Assembly: GCF_001194135.2 (NCBI RefSeq)
Contig: NC_068982.1
Coordinates: 104,979,060-105,043,059, forward strand
Direction: 5' to 3'
DNA from: Octopus bimaculoides
Lineage: Eukaryota
DNA: 64,000 bases
The notes under the pieces were generated by a model. That model had not been told where the DNA came from, did not search any database, and was given only the letters and a program-made list of their open reading frames with translations. Below, piece by piece: positions 63,060 to 64,000 of the stretch (its first letter is position 1; every line of letters begins with the position of its first letter). The translations under genes and the position numbers were made by a program.

Positions 63060-63570
63060 TCCAAAGACAATTGCGTTTGTAATGCGAAATAGATGCTTGT
63101 TTACCAGCAATGTTTCATGATTGGTAGATTTAGAAGCAACAACAGCAGAAAATTTTTATCATATGCTACAACAAAATTAAATGATGTAAGTTTGACATAG
63201 TATTTAAATATATTTTTGTTTCAATTTTGTTTTTGTTCTGGCGGAGCGAATACAATACACGAAGGAAAATCTGGAGCTGCTATAAGATTAATTCAAGAAT
63301 TTCCTAAACGTTATAATTTGGTACTGTTTGAGACATCGATTACAACCTTTAGATGAGGCTATAAATGAAATCGATGAAAATCTGTCATTTCAATATTTTT
63401 TGACAAGATTTATGCTTTTTCCATCAATCTAATAAAAGTTAACTGCAGCTTGAAAAGACTGCTGCAGAACTATATAGAGAAATAATCAAAATAGACTGTG
63501 TTTTTTGGTCCACGATAAGACTCCATTAGCCTCAAATTCTAAAGTGGCTTTGAGTGTTTATTCAGTTCTT
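63060..63570 (+). mobile_element. Decayed hAT transposase, KIAA1586/ZNF862-like
   Basis: LVDLEATTAENF...FCSGGANTI..GKSGAA..L...FP.....CLRHRLQ..LDEAINEI....FFDKIY..FHQSNK....AAEL..EIIKI..V.GPR*, matching KIAA1586-type FCSDGANT...KSGVA...CLNHRLQL...GPRW. Confidence 0.85.
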
Positions 63571-63856
63571 TAAGTTTTTTTCCGTTTTTTTTTTGTTTAC
63601 AAGATAAGAAGTGCTCTAAAATGGTTAAAATGCGTTGCAAAGAAGACACTGAGTGTTACAAAGTCAGAAAAACTCATTAAGTGTATCGTTAATTTTTTTT
63701 ATACAATTAAAAATATAGTTATAGTATGCAGAAAAAGGAAATAAATGAACTAGCTAAATAATGCTTTGAATTGCATAGAAAACGAAGGGTTTGAAAAAAA
63801 TAGATAGAGTGCGTAATTGATAATGTGGAGGCAAGATTATTAACAAAAGATTTTTA

Positions 63857-63935
63857 CTGGCACTCCGTCGTTTATGACGACGAGGGTTCCAGTCGATCCG
63901 ATCAACGGAACAGCCTGCTCGTGAAATTAACGAGT
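63857..63935 (-). mobile_element. SINE family A 3' fragment ending at (CA)n
   Basis: ctggcactccgtcg...gttccagtcgatccgatcaacggaacagcctgctcgtgaaattaacg. Confidence 0.85.
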
Positions 63936-63956
63936 AATTGACTGAGCTCTCTCCAC

Positions 63957-64000
<44 letters not shown>

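Overview
AT-rich, gappy animal genomic DNA (9 N-gaps, many beside microsatellites). The repeat families look like those of a coleoid cephalopod, most likely Octopus (inference from remembered repeat sequences, no database search). I can identify no intact protein-coding gene, RNA gene or CRISPR array. Almost all long ORFs in the track are N-gap, microsatellite or transposon artefacts. The window is a dense mosaic of mobile-element remains: several tRNA-derived SINE families (some copies young, with target-site duplications), RTE LINEs and their 5'-truncated (GAT)n-tailed 3' UTRs, three restriction-like-endonuclease LINE fragments (R4/Dong-like and HERO-like), an L1/Tx1-like 3' end, a Penelope GIY-YIG fragment, three decayed hAT transposases, hAT and piggyBac-like MITEs, and Tc1 and mariner fragments. 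CpG is strongly depleted left of about 51.4 kb and retained to the right, with a GC-box promoter-like patch at about 54.7 kb. This suggests that 1-51 kb is methylated intronic body of a minus-strand gene whose exons I could not establish. The most unexplained structure is a stem-loop cluster at 22116-22380. Its 46-bp stem has six regularly spaced mismatches, all of which become G-U pairs in the minus-strand RNA. Most repeat boundaries were placed by eye and are approximate unless a TSD or TIR is quoted.
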